A DNA stretch of 64,000 nt from Octopus vulgaris (GCA_951406725.2 OX597824.1:24180001-24244000), one strand, 5' to 3'; shown: positions 30,975 to 44,499, counted from the stretch's first letter. The notes: a model not told the origin generated them from the sequence alone. Made by a program: numbers and translations.

Positions 30975-33890
30975 ACTCAGTAACATGACAAAGATCCCGT
31001 TCCTGAGAGACTTTGTTGCATGCAATCAAGCTTTATGCATAGCACTTACAGAAACGCACCTGAAACCGGACATAGCAGATGCGGAGTTACACATACCACA
31101 GTATGCTGTACTACGGACCGACAGGAAAGAAAGGAGTCATGGAGGTGTTGCTATGTACATCCGTGAGGACCTCACACCCCAGGTCCTCTTGTCATACTCA
31201 AACTCGGTGTGTGACACACTAATTGTACATATTAGGCAACTTGATGTAGTTGTGTGTGCTACATATCGCCCTCCGGATGCCCCAAGCCATGTGGGCAAGT
31301 TTGAAGACTGCCTTATAAAAATAGAAGAAATTCTAACCACATTAGAACAACACATAGGTGTGCTTCTTATGGGAGACTTCAATCTGCCCAATGTCAGATG
31401 GCCCGAGGGCCTTTCTCTCCAAGGAATGACAAGATGTGAACGAGGACAGGCGAGGTCCCTCCTGAACCTCATCAACACCCTGTACATGGAGCAGGTAATA
31501 CTCCAACCAACCAGGGCAGGTAACACACTGGATCTCTGCTTCACAAATGACATGGATCTCATCCATAATGTGAAAGTGACGCCGACACTACTCTCGGATC
31601 ACAACATGATAGAGCTGACCATGTACGGGCCAAAAGAGAGCACGGACATGCAGCCTACAAGAAACCCTCAAAATCTTTCCAGCTTGAACTACCATAAGGC
31701 AAACTGGAAACAAATTGAGAAAGAGATCCTCAAACAAAACTGGCCTAAATGTCTCTCCTCGCCAGACATCGACGTGAAACTTCAACAATTCATGTCTGTA
31801 ATGCAAGCCATATGCTACAAATGTTTTCCCAGAGAGAAAGGCCACTGTACACAAGAACAAAATCCCCAGAGAGAGGAAAATTTTAATGAGACGGCGTACG
31901 AAATTTTCAAATCGCCTAAACAAACAGATTGAAAGCAGTGAAAAGTCCCGCCTAAAAATAAAACTGTTGGAAATCGAAAAATGTCTGCAACTCTCCCATG
32001 AAAAAGAAAGAGCAGACAAAGAAGCCTGGGCTATAGAAAACATAAAATCTAACCCCAGAGCTTTCTACAGGTATGCCAAAGAAACAGCTACGGTGCACTG
32101 TAGAATAGGGCCACTCCTCGAAAAGGATGGCACACTTACAGGAAAACCAATGAGGGTAAGTGAAATACTGAATGAGCAATTCAAGAGTGTTTTCACTCCA
32201 CCCCTTGGGCATCTCCAAATCACCAATCCAACTGACTTTTTTACCACTGCAGATATAAAATCAGAGGCGGCGACGATAGATTACATCGATATAAAGGAAG
32301 ACGATGTAACCAAGGCTATAGATGAAATGAAAACAGACTCAGCTACTGGCCCCGATGGATTCCCGGCAATCCTCCTAAAAGCATGTAAGAAAGTCCTAGC
32401 AAGACCACTGCAGTTCCTCTTTCAGAGCTTCCTTGCAGCTGGCAAACTTCCAGGAAAACTGAAGGAAGGTAAAATATGCCCCATTCATAAAGGAGGTAGC
32501 AGAGCGGAAGCCAAGAACTATAGACCTATCTCTCTGACCTCACACATCAGCAAGGTCATGGAACGAATAGTCAGAAGGAAGCTGATCACCTTCCTTGAAG
32601 AGAATGACTTGCTGCCCGACACCCAACATGGTTTCCGACCAGGGAGAAGTTGTTTAACTCAGCTCCTACAACACTATGACTGGGTGCTGAAACGGCTGCT
32701 CAACCACTCAAATGTGGAAGTGATATATCTCGACTTTGCAAAGGCCTTTGATAAAGTCGATCATGGAATGATATGTCACAAACTGCGTGATCTCAACATA
32801 GTTGGAAAACTGGGAGAATGGCTTCATGACTTTCTGAAGGATAGAAGTCAGGTGGTAGTAGCCAATGGGGCCACCTCCATTAACACACAAATAGTGAGCG
32901 GTGTTCCGCAGGGCACTGTTCTGGGACCACTACTGTTCATAATGGCCCTCTCAGACATGCCCTCAGCCACGCAGAGAGCCACGATCACAAGTTATGCAGA
33001 TGATACAAAAGTTTCACAAGCAATACAGAACCCTGAGGACACTAAACACCTGCAATGTGAGCTGGACGAAATATACAAGTGGGCTGAAAAGAATAGCATG
33101 CAGTTCAATGCTGGAAAGTTTCAAGCTTTATACTATCAGCATGCAAAACTGAATGCAATACCCAATGAATACACTGGACCCGGAGGGATTGCAATCCCAG
33201 AGGCACAATCAGTGCGTGACCTGGGTATTCACATGAGTGATGACGCGACCTTTCATGTACATGTTGCTAAACTGACAATGAAATGTAGACGGCTGGCTGG
33301 ATGGATTCTTAGAACCTTTAGAACAAGAGAACAAGAAACCATGATGGTCCTCTGGAAGACACTTGTCCTAAGCCACTTTGACTATTGCTCTCAGCTATGG
33401 TCACCATCCAGTGTCAAGTTGATCACAGAACTTGAGGCGATCCAACGAAGCTACACAAAGAAGATAGCCTCTATGCAGAATGTAAGCTACTGGGAAAGAC
33501 TCAAGAGATTAAAATTATAGGCGGGAAAGATATGCCATAATATACATCTGGAAGATCCTGGAGGGAAGTGTCCTGAACTTTGGCATCGAGAGTTACGCAA
33601 ATGCCAGAACTGGGCGCCACTGCGTGGTGCCTAGGACTCCAAACCTGCCATCAAGATGTAGGACAAGATTCTGTGATAGCCTGGGCTTCCGAGGCCCACA
33701 GCTCTTCAATATCCTCCCGAAGAACCTGAGAGACCTGCATGGGGTGGATACAGATGTCTTTAAAATGAAGCTGGATCTCTTCCTGTCAGGTGTCCCAGAT
33801 GAACCAACTTCACGGCAGGAGGGGCAGATGAGGGCAGCTGCATCGAACTCTCTCATGCACCAAATAGCAGTTGCTAGAAAGCCTCCATGA
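30975..33890 (+). pseudogene. LINE ORF2 (endonuclease-reverse transcriptase) with two lesions
   Basis: Frameshift near 31825-31886 and a small deletion/stop at ~33520. The C-terminus continues RERYAIIYIWKIL...RAAASNSL to a stop at 33890. Confidence 0.85.
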
Positions 33891-33958
33891 AGTGAAACCA
33901 AGTAGCAACACCAAATGGCGGTGCCCCAGCATGGCCACAGCTCATAAGCTGAAACTAG

Positions 33959-33990
<32 letters not shown>
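30975..33990 (+). mobile_element. LINE (CR1/L2 group), 5'-truncated, near-complete ORF2
   Basis: APE endonuclease (ALTETHL, YRPP, MGDFNLP, LDL, SDHN) and RT (NYRPISLTS, QHGFRPGRSC, YLDFAKAFDKVDH, GVPQGTVLGPLLF, YADD). (TCAA)n tail at 33961-33990. Sits inside (AT)n. Confidence 0.92.
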
Positions 33991-33992
<2 letters not shown>

Positions 33993-34030
33993 ATATGTAT
34001 ATAATATATAATATATTTATATATATGTAA

Positions 34031-34131
<101 letters not shown>

Positions 34132-34669
34132 GATATATATAAATACACGTGTGTGTGTGTGTGTAAATCTATTCTACTAAATTATTCAAGGTTGGTACTC
34201 TAGCATAACAGCAATCCAAATGCTGAAACAAGGAAAATATAGAAGATAAGCATATGGGGATGTGTGGTTTGGTGCTTAGGATTCCACATGGGAAGTTGTG
34301 GTTCAATACTTGGACGGAACGAAGTGCTGCGCCCTTCAGCAGAGCGCTTCATTTCACGCTATTTCAGTCCATATTTTTGCTGGAACAGAAACATCTGACA
34401 CCACCTGTTACATTCTTGGGGTTCCGAAGGGTCAAAATTTGAAGGGAGCAAGAATATTCCCATATCTCTTCGCATTTACACTGACACCTAAAAGAATTAG
34501 TGAAAGAATATGTGCTACTATTCGAGTGTGACAGCTACCTGAACTTTTTCTTGGTTTAACTATCTTTTATCTTTTTTTATCTTTTATTTTGTCAGACATT
34601 GGACTGCAGCCATGCTGGGACACTGCCTTGAAGGCTTTGCAATGATCAAGGACCCACCTATACTACGCT

Positions 34670-35350
34670 CTTTATTCCACCTCTCTATGATGTATCACAA
34701 TGAGATGGTGGATGTCGTGGATAGATGGTGAATATTTGTGCATCACCAATGAAACCATTGACAAGTGACAACCAACCTATTTTCCAACACTGGCCGAAAC
34801 TTTGACATCTGCATTTAACAATGTTATGGGCCAGAAATTATCTATGTGATTCATCTTGTTTGAACCCTTTCTCAGCAACGTTACCGCTCTTCGGCTCACA
34901 GAACTAGAAAATTTCCCGTTCTGTTACCTGATGCCAAGAGGTTTCCGAGCAAGTTTTTCAAGCAAAAGTAAAGCTCGTAGGGTAAACCATCAAAATCAGG
35001 CGCTTTATATCCCGTTCAGATAATTATTGCTTCCCGTATTTCCGCGGCTTCTTGCAACATTTTGTCTCCCTTGATGAGAGTCGCTCGAGTAGGATGCATC
35101 AATTATAGTCCACCAAAAACCGAACGGTGGTTTTGTTGCCACGTTGCACCTCCATCACTCGGTTCCATCTCGCAGCTTTCTCCTCTCGCGTCTCACAGCA
35201 GGCATCTAGCTCTGACAATGCAGACTTCATGCTTTGCATTAAAGAATTGATGCGATTCCTTTCCTAAGCGCCTCTTGTAGGTTTCTAAGTCTCCCTCTGT
35301 TCAATTTTCTCTATCGCCATTAGGTTCCTAAACCTAATCGATTCTAATCT
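34670..35350 (-). pseudogene. Tx1/L1-like LINE ORF2 fragment, heavily decayed
   Basis: KAPDFDGLPYELY, NFWPITLLNADVK, IHDIHHL. Homologous to 59320-60240 and duplicated at 44500-45190. Confidence 0.7.
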
Positions 35351-35743
35351 AAACTAGATTTGTGGCAGCTTTACTAATTCACGAATCCGGTCTGTGTAAT
35401 CTTTGTGCATCTGGAGTGAAGCATTCAGCTTGCAGTAACCCACTTCCAGTCTACGACGCTTATCTAGGTCGACCGTGTAGATGACAAATTTGGATTACGT
35501 GTGGCTGAACATTTTGAAATATGGATCACCTATGCTATCATTATCAACTGACCTATAGAATACTTTATCTAAATACGAACCTAGACGACCTGATGCGGTT
35601 TGCCTATGTCCACATTGGCTTTAGATCAAAATTATTATAAAATAAATGCATATTGTAATAATTTTTTTTTTAAATATTTGAATTCCAAATATTTTAAATG
35701 ATCTTCTGTACTTTGTGGATAATTATGCCTTAATGATTCAGAC

Positions 35744-36041
35744 GTGGAAGCACATGGCCCAGTGGTTAGAGCAGCGGACTCGCGGTCGAGGGATCGTGGG
35801 TTCGAATCTCAGACCGGGCGATGAGTGTGTTTATGAGCGAAACACCTAAGCTCCACGCGGCTCCAGCAGAAGGTAATGGCGAACTTCTGCTGACTCTTTC
35901 GCCACAACTTTCACTCTTTCCTCCAGCATCTTGCAATTCACCTGGGACGGACCGGCGTCCCGTCCAGGTGGGGAACCTATACGCCAAGAAAACCGGGAAA
36001 CCGGCCCTAATGATCCAGGTGGGGTTCGAAAAGGAACAAAC
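35744..36041 (+). mobile_element. SINE related to family D (same head, different tail)
   Basis: TSD AATGATTCAGACG (35732-35744, 36042-36054). A box TGGCCCAGTGG, B box GGTTCGAATCT. Confidence 0.85.
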
Positions 36042-36732
36042 AATGATTCAGACGGACAAAAGTTGTAGCAACTCTCCTGGGATTTCGGACTAGATGTGAA
36101 GGGATGTAGGAAAATATTAAAAGACATTATGTGTCCGGAGTTGTATGATTATGCTTGCTTCTGTATTAGGTGATCAATTTTTTTAAAAATCATAACTAAT
36201 AAAATATAGAAATTATATATAACAGTCCCAATTTAATTTTGTAGAAGGAAGAAAAATAGGAGGCTTGAATATTCATTTTTTTTTCTATGACTACAGCGGA
36301 CTCATTAGACTGAAGTTACTTCAGGGCATTAAATAAACAGATGTGACTTTAGATGGAGATTGAAACTAAAACATCATTCTCAGTTTGTGAATTTAATTAA
36401 TCTTCTAAATATACCTTTCACCACTGAAGAATAAAAGCAAAATAATCCAATTTCATTTGAAAAATTATCGCGTTCAAATAGCATCTTCGTTGTTCCTTTT
36501 CAGATTTAAATTTTTGGTGCTCCGTACGCAAGAACTTCAACTACCACTTCTCTGTTCTTTCAGTTTATTAGTTGGTGAAATTATTTCAATATGTGAACCA
36601 TTCCGTTAAGTTTAGCCATTTGTAGTTATAGGGGTGTTAAATTGAAAAAAAAAAATTAAATCAAAATTAATGTATTACCCCCCTCAAAATCACACCCTTC
36701 AATTTGAGACTGTCTTCGAACATACGATCACC

Positions 36733-36758
36733 ATTGGCTAACACGGAGTAGTATAAGA
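36733..36758 (+). promoter_or_regulatory. Putative alpha-tubulin promoter (inverted CCAAT and TATA)
   Basis: ATTGG 36733-36737 and TATAAGA 36752-36758, about 115 bp upstream of the ATG. Conserved in copy 2. Confidence 0.5.
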
Positions 36759-36870
36759 GTGAGAGTAGGAGGAGAGTAAGAAATATTACTATGTGTAGCA
36801 AGGCCAAGAGCAAAACCACCGTCTTGTTTATTGACTCCACTTTGAACGGTACAGAAACAGCGCGACAACA

Positions 36871-36873
36871 ATG
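36871..36873 (+). CDS. TUBA: Alpha-tubulin copy 1, exon 1 coding part (ATG only)
   Basis: AACA-ATG|GTAAAT. Exon 2 starts at Arg2 in phase 0, and an intron right after the ATG is typical of animal alpha-tubulins. The position is inferred. Confidence 0.6.
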
Positions 36874-37840
36874 GTAAATTTGCAACGGTTTATTTCCAGT
36901 CTGTCTCTACAAAGTTATAGGAAATCCAGTTTTGAATATAATAACCTTTATTCACATTTACAAAATATTTTGTGCATATTTATTAGTGAAATTCTTTTCT
37001 TGCTTTCGAAATGTTTATTTAGTTGCTATTATGTTAAACTGTCGTACGTCTAAATTTAGCCAAATACGTTTTATTCAGTATTTATTTTTATTTGCAATAG
37101 CCGGTTCTTTTGGTCGAAATATCAGGATCTCTAGTTGCTTCAGACGGCAAGATATCGAAAATTGTCAAAGTGTAGTACAACGGTTTTCCTGTGGAATGAT
37201 GAAACTTCTTTTTTCCTTTTGAAAAAGCAGCGGTTGGGACTTTCGACCCTTTTGCATAATAGCAACAAATATTGAATTTTTAAAATAGAATTTTCATCTA
37301 GATTTCAAAGCAATATGTGACAGCCAAAAGTTGCCATGTAACAACATACGACATTACATGAAGAACGAACGTATAGAAAACTCTAAAAGCATTTACATAA
37401 AAAAAACCTCTTTGATTTTTAGTTAGTATGTCGTTAAGAATTTTTTAAAATCAGTGATTTGATCTAGAGCTACATAACGGCAACCGTGAGAACTTAGAGA
37501 AAAACTCTTCAAAATTTACAACGAAGGAATATAGACTTATACAATCCCTCTTCATTAGAAAAATTACCCCTCTATTCGCATCCCTTGCTTATAATTAACC
37601 CATTAAGAATTTTTGTATTACAAAACTGCATTTAATTTTAATTCGGTCTACATTAACCATTTTCTAGTCTTCACAAAATTGTATTTAGAACTATATAAAA
37701 AAATATTAAATACAATTTTGAATTTAAATTGTTTGTCATAATTTACTAATATTTTCATTTATTTAATATAGTCTCTATTGAGAAACTGCAATATTTTCTG
37801 GGTATGTTTTCCGTGTCTGCCGTACAGCTTTTACTGTTAA

Positions 37841-38372
37841 CACGTCGGGTCTCTAGACTCATTTTTACGTTTTATCCCAGGGTCCCAATTTGATATCCTA
37901 ATTTTGACATGAGCGGCGTAATATTTTTACACTATGCTGAGGCAAGGATTGCAGTGTTAGATACCCATGTCCCACCGGAGAGTCGTTTGGTACCCTAGTT
38001 CATATCGCATCTTAGATACCACACCGTGTCAATTAAAAATTTTAGCTCTTCTATTGGAAGATCTCGAAATTCTTTTCAGAAAAAACTATTGATTTCCATG
38101 GCAAGTAAAATATTTTTTTATTTCTATTGATAATTTTTTTTTCAAAAGAATTAACTATTTTTGTTTGAGACAATTTTGTCATTGAATCTTTTTCTTCATG
38201 GTGAAATCAGAAGAAAAACGAAAATATAAAGTCTATTAAATTCTCTTAGCAAAAGTACAAATCAAAGAAATCGGAACATACCAGCTTTAAGAAAGCCCAT
38301 GACAAAGAGAAAAAAAACCCACCGGCCGGTAGGTCGCTAACAGCACCGGCAGGACGTCTGGGAGCCAACGTG
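37841..38372. mobile_element. piggyBac-type MITE in tubulin intron 1
   Basis: TTAA|CACGTCGGGTCTCTAGAC ... GTCTGGGAGCCAACGTG|TTAA. Also present in copy 2. Confidence 0.65.
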
Positions 38373-38580
38373 TTAACGGAACTTCGGTTATCACGCTATC
38401 GAAATATGTAACTTGTAAGTGGTTATTTCGGTGTCTTTTGTGACCAACTTAGGCTCTCTAATTAAGGAGATAAAGTGAGTAATTTTTGATTTCTCGTTAT
38501 TTTCTCATCTGTTTGAAATCATTCCATTGTAAGTACTGCATCATTATGTATTACAACATTATATTTAGGCGTAAATGAAG

Positions 38581-38812
38581 TGGCGAGCTGGCAGAAACGT
38601 TAGCACGCCTGGCGAAATGCGTAGCCGTATTTCGTCTGCCGTTACATTCTGAGTTCACATTCCGTCGGGGTCGACTTTGCCTTTCATCCTTTCGGGGTCG
38701 ATAAATTAAGTACCAGTTATTCACTGGATTCGATATAATCGACTTGATCCATTTGTCTGTCCTTGTGTGTCCTCTGTGTTTAGCCCCTTGTGGTTAGTAA
38801 AGAAATATGTAT
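38581..38812 (+). mobile_element. SINE family B in intron 1
   Basis: Full head, core and tail. Copy 2 equivalent at 52561-52790. Confidence 0.85.
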
Positions 38813-40055
38813 TTAGGCGTAAAAATTGGCCAGTGTAGTTAAGTCTGAAACCTAATCCGGAGATAGTTTGTTTTCAAGAATGTTTTCCTCTACGTTAACC
38901 GAATTGTGATTGAAGTTAATAAAATAACTAGCTAATTTTTAACAATATATATTCTTTTCTCTGCTGGATTACAAGTAAATTTTCACACGCTAATTTGATA
39001 ATTTTCAAGTTTGAAAAAATGCCTAAAATAGTGTAAAAGGAGTGATTAATTTCAATCCCACTTTAACTACCTCGTGTGTAAATCTCTCAGGAATAGATAC
39101 CCCAGCAGATCGTAAAGAAACTGTAGAGAATATTTTATCTTTAGTCGAGTTTCGTTATTTTCATATGTATTGTTTTCCTTTGATCGCCTTTCATTTGACC
39201 GAGGTATTTAATTTCTTTTAGTTTTTGATCTTTCTGGTGTCTAACGATAAATATTGATGTACGAGTCTGTTTTCGAATGTGATTCTGGAGAACTGAAGAG
39301 GCAGATTTATCTTATTTTGGCTTACTCATTTGGCTCCAGCCAAATTTGTTTTATATACTCAGAACTGCAATAATTGTCTAAAATGTTAGATTATTTTTTA
39401 AAGAATTTAGGGAAGGTCATTTGCTTAATGGATATAGTTTTCGTAAGGGAGCGCACATTTAAAAAAAATATTGTCATTGTGCACTTTCCCTTACAGTTTA
39501 TTTGACGGGCGTCCACATGGCCACCGCTAAATCCATTTCCGTTTACTAGATTGACCCACAGCTATACTGGAAGAAACTGTCTCGATGTAAAGTGGTGTTG
39601 AAATGAAGTAGAACGGAATACTTACATTAAACATGAAGGTTGTTTTAAAATATTTGTGTGCTTAATTAGATTTGAATTTATAAATATTGTGCTATTATCT
39701 CCTGTGGTATAATGGTTTAGTTCTGACAACTCATTTCAGTTATTTTAATTTCTCCAAAAAGACCATTTTAAAGGTTCTTATGTAGCTCTGCATGGCTCTT
39801 GAAACCTCACGAAACCTTGTTGGCGAAAATTTGTGTTAAAAATGCGCTTCAGTTACCATTTCTATCTTTTCCAAATTTAGAGTTCGCGTGATATAAACAT
39901 TTTGTTAATCAATAGGGTATGATCGGAAGGAATTTGACAGCTATTTCTAACAGGCAGTACACCACGGCGATGCTCCCTTTTGGGCTCAACTCCCACTTTT
40001 GTCCGATTTCTCTAGCTTGTAAAATAATTCTATTATACAACTTTTTTTTTTTCAG

Positions 40056-41883
40056 AGAGAATGTATCAGCGTTCACATAGGACAAGCAGGCGTCCAAATA
40101 GGTAACGCTTGTTGGGAACTCTATTGCCTTGAACATGGAATCCAACAAAATGGTCAAGTATCATTTGAATCTTCCGGTGTTAATGATTCGTCTAGTACGT
40201 TCTTTCATGAGATAGGCTCTGGGAAACGTGTCCCCAGAGCCATATTCGTCGATTTGGAGCCCTCAGTTATCGGTAAGTATAAACGTTTCAAAATTGTATT
40301 TACAAAAATAAATTAAACAAGGAATTGCCCTGTCGCGCATTTAATGTTCTGGTTAATCAATCTTCTATGTTTTTCTGTGTTGGAAAAAAACTCGAAGATT
40401 TGTGAGGAAGCAGTGGTTCCTTTTTTACTGCTATATTTCCGAACGCCGTTTTCTTGAATATTGGACAATATTTCAAAATTCTGTTGTACAACAGAACTGA
40501 TCACGGCAGTAAAATGTGTCGACTATAAAATCGGTTAAATGTGAGTGGAATAGTAAGTGTTTATGTATCCGGTATTTGAATGTAAGTATTGTTAGCAGTA
40601 TATTCTGAGGAATGTCGTACATGGAAGTACTTTGTTGAACTGATAAAGCAAGTAACTGTCTGAGAATCTCTACATTTCATACTCCTCTAATATAAGAAAA
40701 ATCTTTTAATTTTTATATTGCCAGTTTGATATATTATTGCTCAAAATCTTATTTTCCAGATGAAATACGCGTTGGAAAATACAGCCAGTTATTTCACCCG
40801 AACCAACTCATCAGTGGTAAAGAGGATGCAGCCAACAATTACGCCAGGGGTCACTATACCGTTGGCAAGGAAATCATTGATTCGGTCTGTGACCAAATTC
40901 ATAAAGTAACTGAACAATGCTCTGGCCTCCAGGGCTTCTTGATTTTTCATAGTTTCGGTGGCGGCACCGGTTCTGGTTTCACGTCTCTGCTAATGGAGCG
41001 CCTGAGTGTTGACTTTGGTAAAAAGACAAAGCTTCAATTTTCAGTCTATCCGGCACCACGAATTTCTACAGCTGTAGTGGAACCGTACAATTCCGTCTTA
41101 ACCACTCATACCACTCTAGAGCATTGTGACTGCGCTTTCATGGTCGACAATGAAGCAATTTATGATATCTGTAAAAAGCATTTAGATGTTGGGTATCCAA
41201 GATACATCAACCTTAATCGTCCAATTGCTCAGGTAGTGAGCTCTATTACTGCTTCTCTAAGGTTTGATGGGTCCCTTAATGTTGATTTAACCGAGTTTCA
41301 AACCAACCTGGTACCTTATCCACGTATTCATTTCCCATTGATTTCGTATGCACCAATAATATCGGTTGAGAAAGCGTACCACGAGCAGTTAAATGTTTCT
41401 GAAATAACAAACGCGTGCTTTGAAACCGGTAATCAGATGGTTAAATGTGACCCTCGCCGTGGGAAGTACATGGCTTGTTGTCTGTTGTACCGAGGCGATG
41501 TGGTCTCGAAAGATGTTAACGCTGCTATTGCAGCAATTAAAATGAAGAAAGACATTCAGTTTGTGGATTGGTGCCCAACAGGGTTTAAAGTTGGTATCAA
41601 TTCCCAACGCCCAACTGTTATCCCTGGGGGAGACATGGCTGAGGTCCAACGGGCCGTGTGTATGCTGAACAATACGACAGCTATTGCTGAAGCTTGGGCC
41701 CGTCTAAATTATAAATTTGACTTAATGTATGCCAAGCGAGCTTTTGTTCATTGGTATGTTGGTGAAGGTATGGAGGAAGGAGAGTTCACAGAAGCGCGCG
41801 AAGATTTGGCTGCGCTGGAAAAAGATTATGAAGAAGTTGGTATTGACACAGCTGAAACGGGAGATGAGATTGAAGAATACTAA
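40056..41883 (+). CDS. TUBA: Alpha-tubulin copy 1, exon 2 (40056-40272) and exon 3 (40760-41883); 447 aa including exon 1
   Basis: (M)[51 protein letters not shown]-terminal EEY. Canonical polypyrimidine-CAG and GTAAGT sites. Frame is intact across the phase-1 intron. Confidence 0.95.
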
Positions 41884-42534
41884 ATCTGAAATTTTATTAG
41901 AAATGGTGGATCTGATATATACATACACACACGTGTGTAGTCTTCCAATATTAATTTAAGCTTACGAATTAGTTTTTGAAATATCAAAATTGCGTTGTTT
42001 TCCTGTTTGTGTTGCATACTAAACATAAAGAATTACTTTTCGAAATAACATTTTTTTTTATTTCGAATTTCTTTGAAATAATAAAAGCTTTTCGCAATCA
42101 ATTGACATCTTTCTCTAATTCTTGAATAGATTTTGTCTTCGTATTTGGAATCAATCAATTATCCAGATACTGGGACACATTTTGTTAGTCAATGGTAACT
42201 ATTTTTGCTGTGAGGCTCAGCAAGTCTGGGGAGAGTGGTTAGTCGATTATATCGACCGCGGTAGCTCTTCTTGTACATATTTTATCAACCCTGAACGGAT
42301 GAGCAGTGTTTTAAGCTTAGAGCGTAAAGACTAACAACATTCCGTTAGGCATTTTTCCGGTGCGGTAACAATTCTGCTAGCGTGCCTCCTTTAATTTTAT
42401 TACTATGGGCACCAGGTCTGAAATTCTTTTAGGAGGCTTGGCGATTACATCGACAGAAATGCTTAAGTGCTACTTACTTTACCGACCGCCAGAAGATGAA
42501 AAGCGAAGTTGACCTTGGCAGAATTTAAACTATT

Positions 42535-42872
42535 CACTCTCTTTTTGCTTGTCATTTGACTGTGGCCATACTGGAGCACCGCCTTTAGTCGAGCAAATGG
42601 ACCCCAAGATTTGTTCTTTGTAAGCCTAGTACTTATTCTATTGGTCTCTTTTTGCCGAACCGCTAAGTTACGGGGACGCATCGGTTCTCAAGTGATGTTG
42701 GGACACACACATGCTACGGGCTTCTTTCAGGTTCCGTCTCCCAAATCTACTCCCAATGCTTTGGTCAGCCTGAAGCTATAGACACTTGCCCAAGGTGCCA
42801 CGCAGTGAGACTGAACCCGGAACCATGTGGTTGGTAAGCAAGCTACTTAACCACACAGCCACTCCTACGCCT
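42535..42872 (-). mobile_element. SINE family A
   Basis: Matches family A. A more decayed copy follows at 42980-43300. Confidence 0.8.
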
Positions 42873-43409
42873 AACTGAGGACGTAGTTTCGAAACGGCAC
42901 TAAGCTTTAGCCATTAAGCATTTTTTTTTTTTTTTTGAACTTTCAGTGTGTAAATGACATAAATATCCTTGTCAGCTGTATTAGACTGTGGCCATGCTGG
43001 GGCACCGGCTTGAAGAGTTTCAGTCGAATGACTTTATCCCAGGACTGATTTCCCTTTTTTAAACCTGGTACTTATGGTACTTATTCTATCGAACTCTTTT
43101 TGCCTAACCGCTAGGCTATGGTGATGTACACACACCACCGGTTGTCAAGCGGTAGTGACACACATGATAGACTTCTTTACGTTTCCCTCCACCAAATCCA
43201 CTCGAGGTGTTGGTCGGCCAGAAACTATAGTAGAAGGTACTTGCCCAAGGTGCTACTTAATTGGACTGAACCCAAAGCCCTATGGTTAGGAAGCAGGTTT
43301 AGCCCACGCATATAACTGTGTGCCAATATACCTATACACGTGTGTCTGTATATGATATTTGTTATTGTCGTGCCCGTGTTTTCTTAATTTTGCGCCTATT
43401 GCCTATCCT

Positions 43410-43772
43410 GAGTGACTGTATGGTAAGTAGCTTGCGTACGAACCACATGGTTCCGGGTTCAGTCCCACTGCGGGGCACCTTGGGTAAGAGTCTTCTACTA
43501 TAGCCTCGGGGCGACCAAAGCCTTGTGAGTGGATTTGGTAGACGGAAACTGAAAGAAGCCCGTCGTATATATGTATATTTACATGTAAGTATGTTTGTGT
43601 CTGTTTGTCCCCTCACCCAACATCACTTGACAACCGATGCTGGTGTGTTAACGTCCCCGTGACGTAGACTGATAGAATAAGTACAAGGCTTACAAAGAAT
43701 AAGTCCTGGGGTCGATTTGCTCGACTAAAGGCGGTGCTCCAGCATGACCACAGTCACATGACTGAAACGAGT
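43410..43772 (+). mobile_element. SINE family A
   Basis: Matches family A. Confidence 0.85.
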
Positions 43773-43989
43773 TACAGGAATATCTATATGACTATAATTT
43801 ATGGCAAGACAGTTGGTTCTACTGGGCATTTTGTCTCAAAAAATGTTAGTTTCATCACTGCTAATGTCTCTTCTGTCGATATTCCAAGATGACCCCCATC
43901 CAACGCTGGTGCTTTGTCGCTGATAATGATCTCCGTAATCGTATCCTCTGCGATTTGCTTCTCGTTGATGCACAAGAGTAGTAAATTTT

Positions 43990-44302
43990 CTAACGTTTCT
44001 TATTTCTTTACTACCCACAAGGCGCTACACACGGGGGGGGGGACAAACAAGGACAGACAAAGGGATTAAGTCGATTATATCGACCTCAGTGCGTAACTGG
44101 TACTTATTTAATCGATCCCGAAAGGATGAAAAACAAAGTCGACCTCGGCGGAATGTGAACTCAGAACGTAGCGACAGACGAAATACCTATTTCTTTACTA
44201 CCCACAAGGGCCTAAACACAGAGAGGACAAACAAGGACAGACAAACGGATTAAGTCGATTACATCGACCCCAGTGCGTAACTGGTAGTTATTTTATCAAC
44301 CC
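43990..44302 (-). mobile_element. SINE family B multimer truncated by the duplication junction
   Basis: Tail-body units stop abruptly at 44302, where duplication copy 2 begins. Confidence 0.8.
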
Positions 44303-44499
44303 CGCATTTACTCTGACACCTAAAAGAATTAGTGAAAGAATATGTGCTACTATTCGAGTGTGACAGCTACCTGAACTTTTTCTTGGTTTAACTATCTTTT
44401 ATCTTTTTTTTTTCTTTTATTTCGTCAGACATTGGACTGCAGCCATGCTGGGACACTGCCTTGAAGGGTTTGCAATGATCAAGGACCCACCTATGCTAC

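Larger units (their letters stand above)
34471..42040 (+). repeat. Segmental duplication, copy 1
   Basis: Colinear high identity with 44303-~56010 from CGCATTTAC(A/T)CTGACACC onward. The 3' UTRs are only weakly similar. Confidence 0.92.

Noticed and set aside
35744-35820. tRNA gene (also 47752-47825, 27790-27860, 30255-30340)
   Set aside because: These are SINE heads that continue into SINE bodies with TSDs, with no proper acceptor stem or terminator.
40726-40759. ORF-track N-terminus [11 protein letters not shown] of tubulin (also 54705-54738)
   Set aside because: Intron sequence upstream of the TTTTCCAG acceptor. The true N-terminus is in exons 1-2.
42874-42898. CTGAGGA...GAAAC hammerhead-like string (also CTGATGA at 13302 and 18094)
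   Set aside because: No convincing stems I and II, or no correctly placed GAAA.
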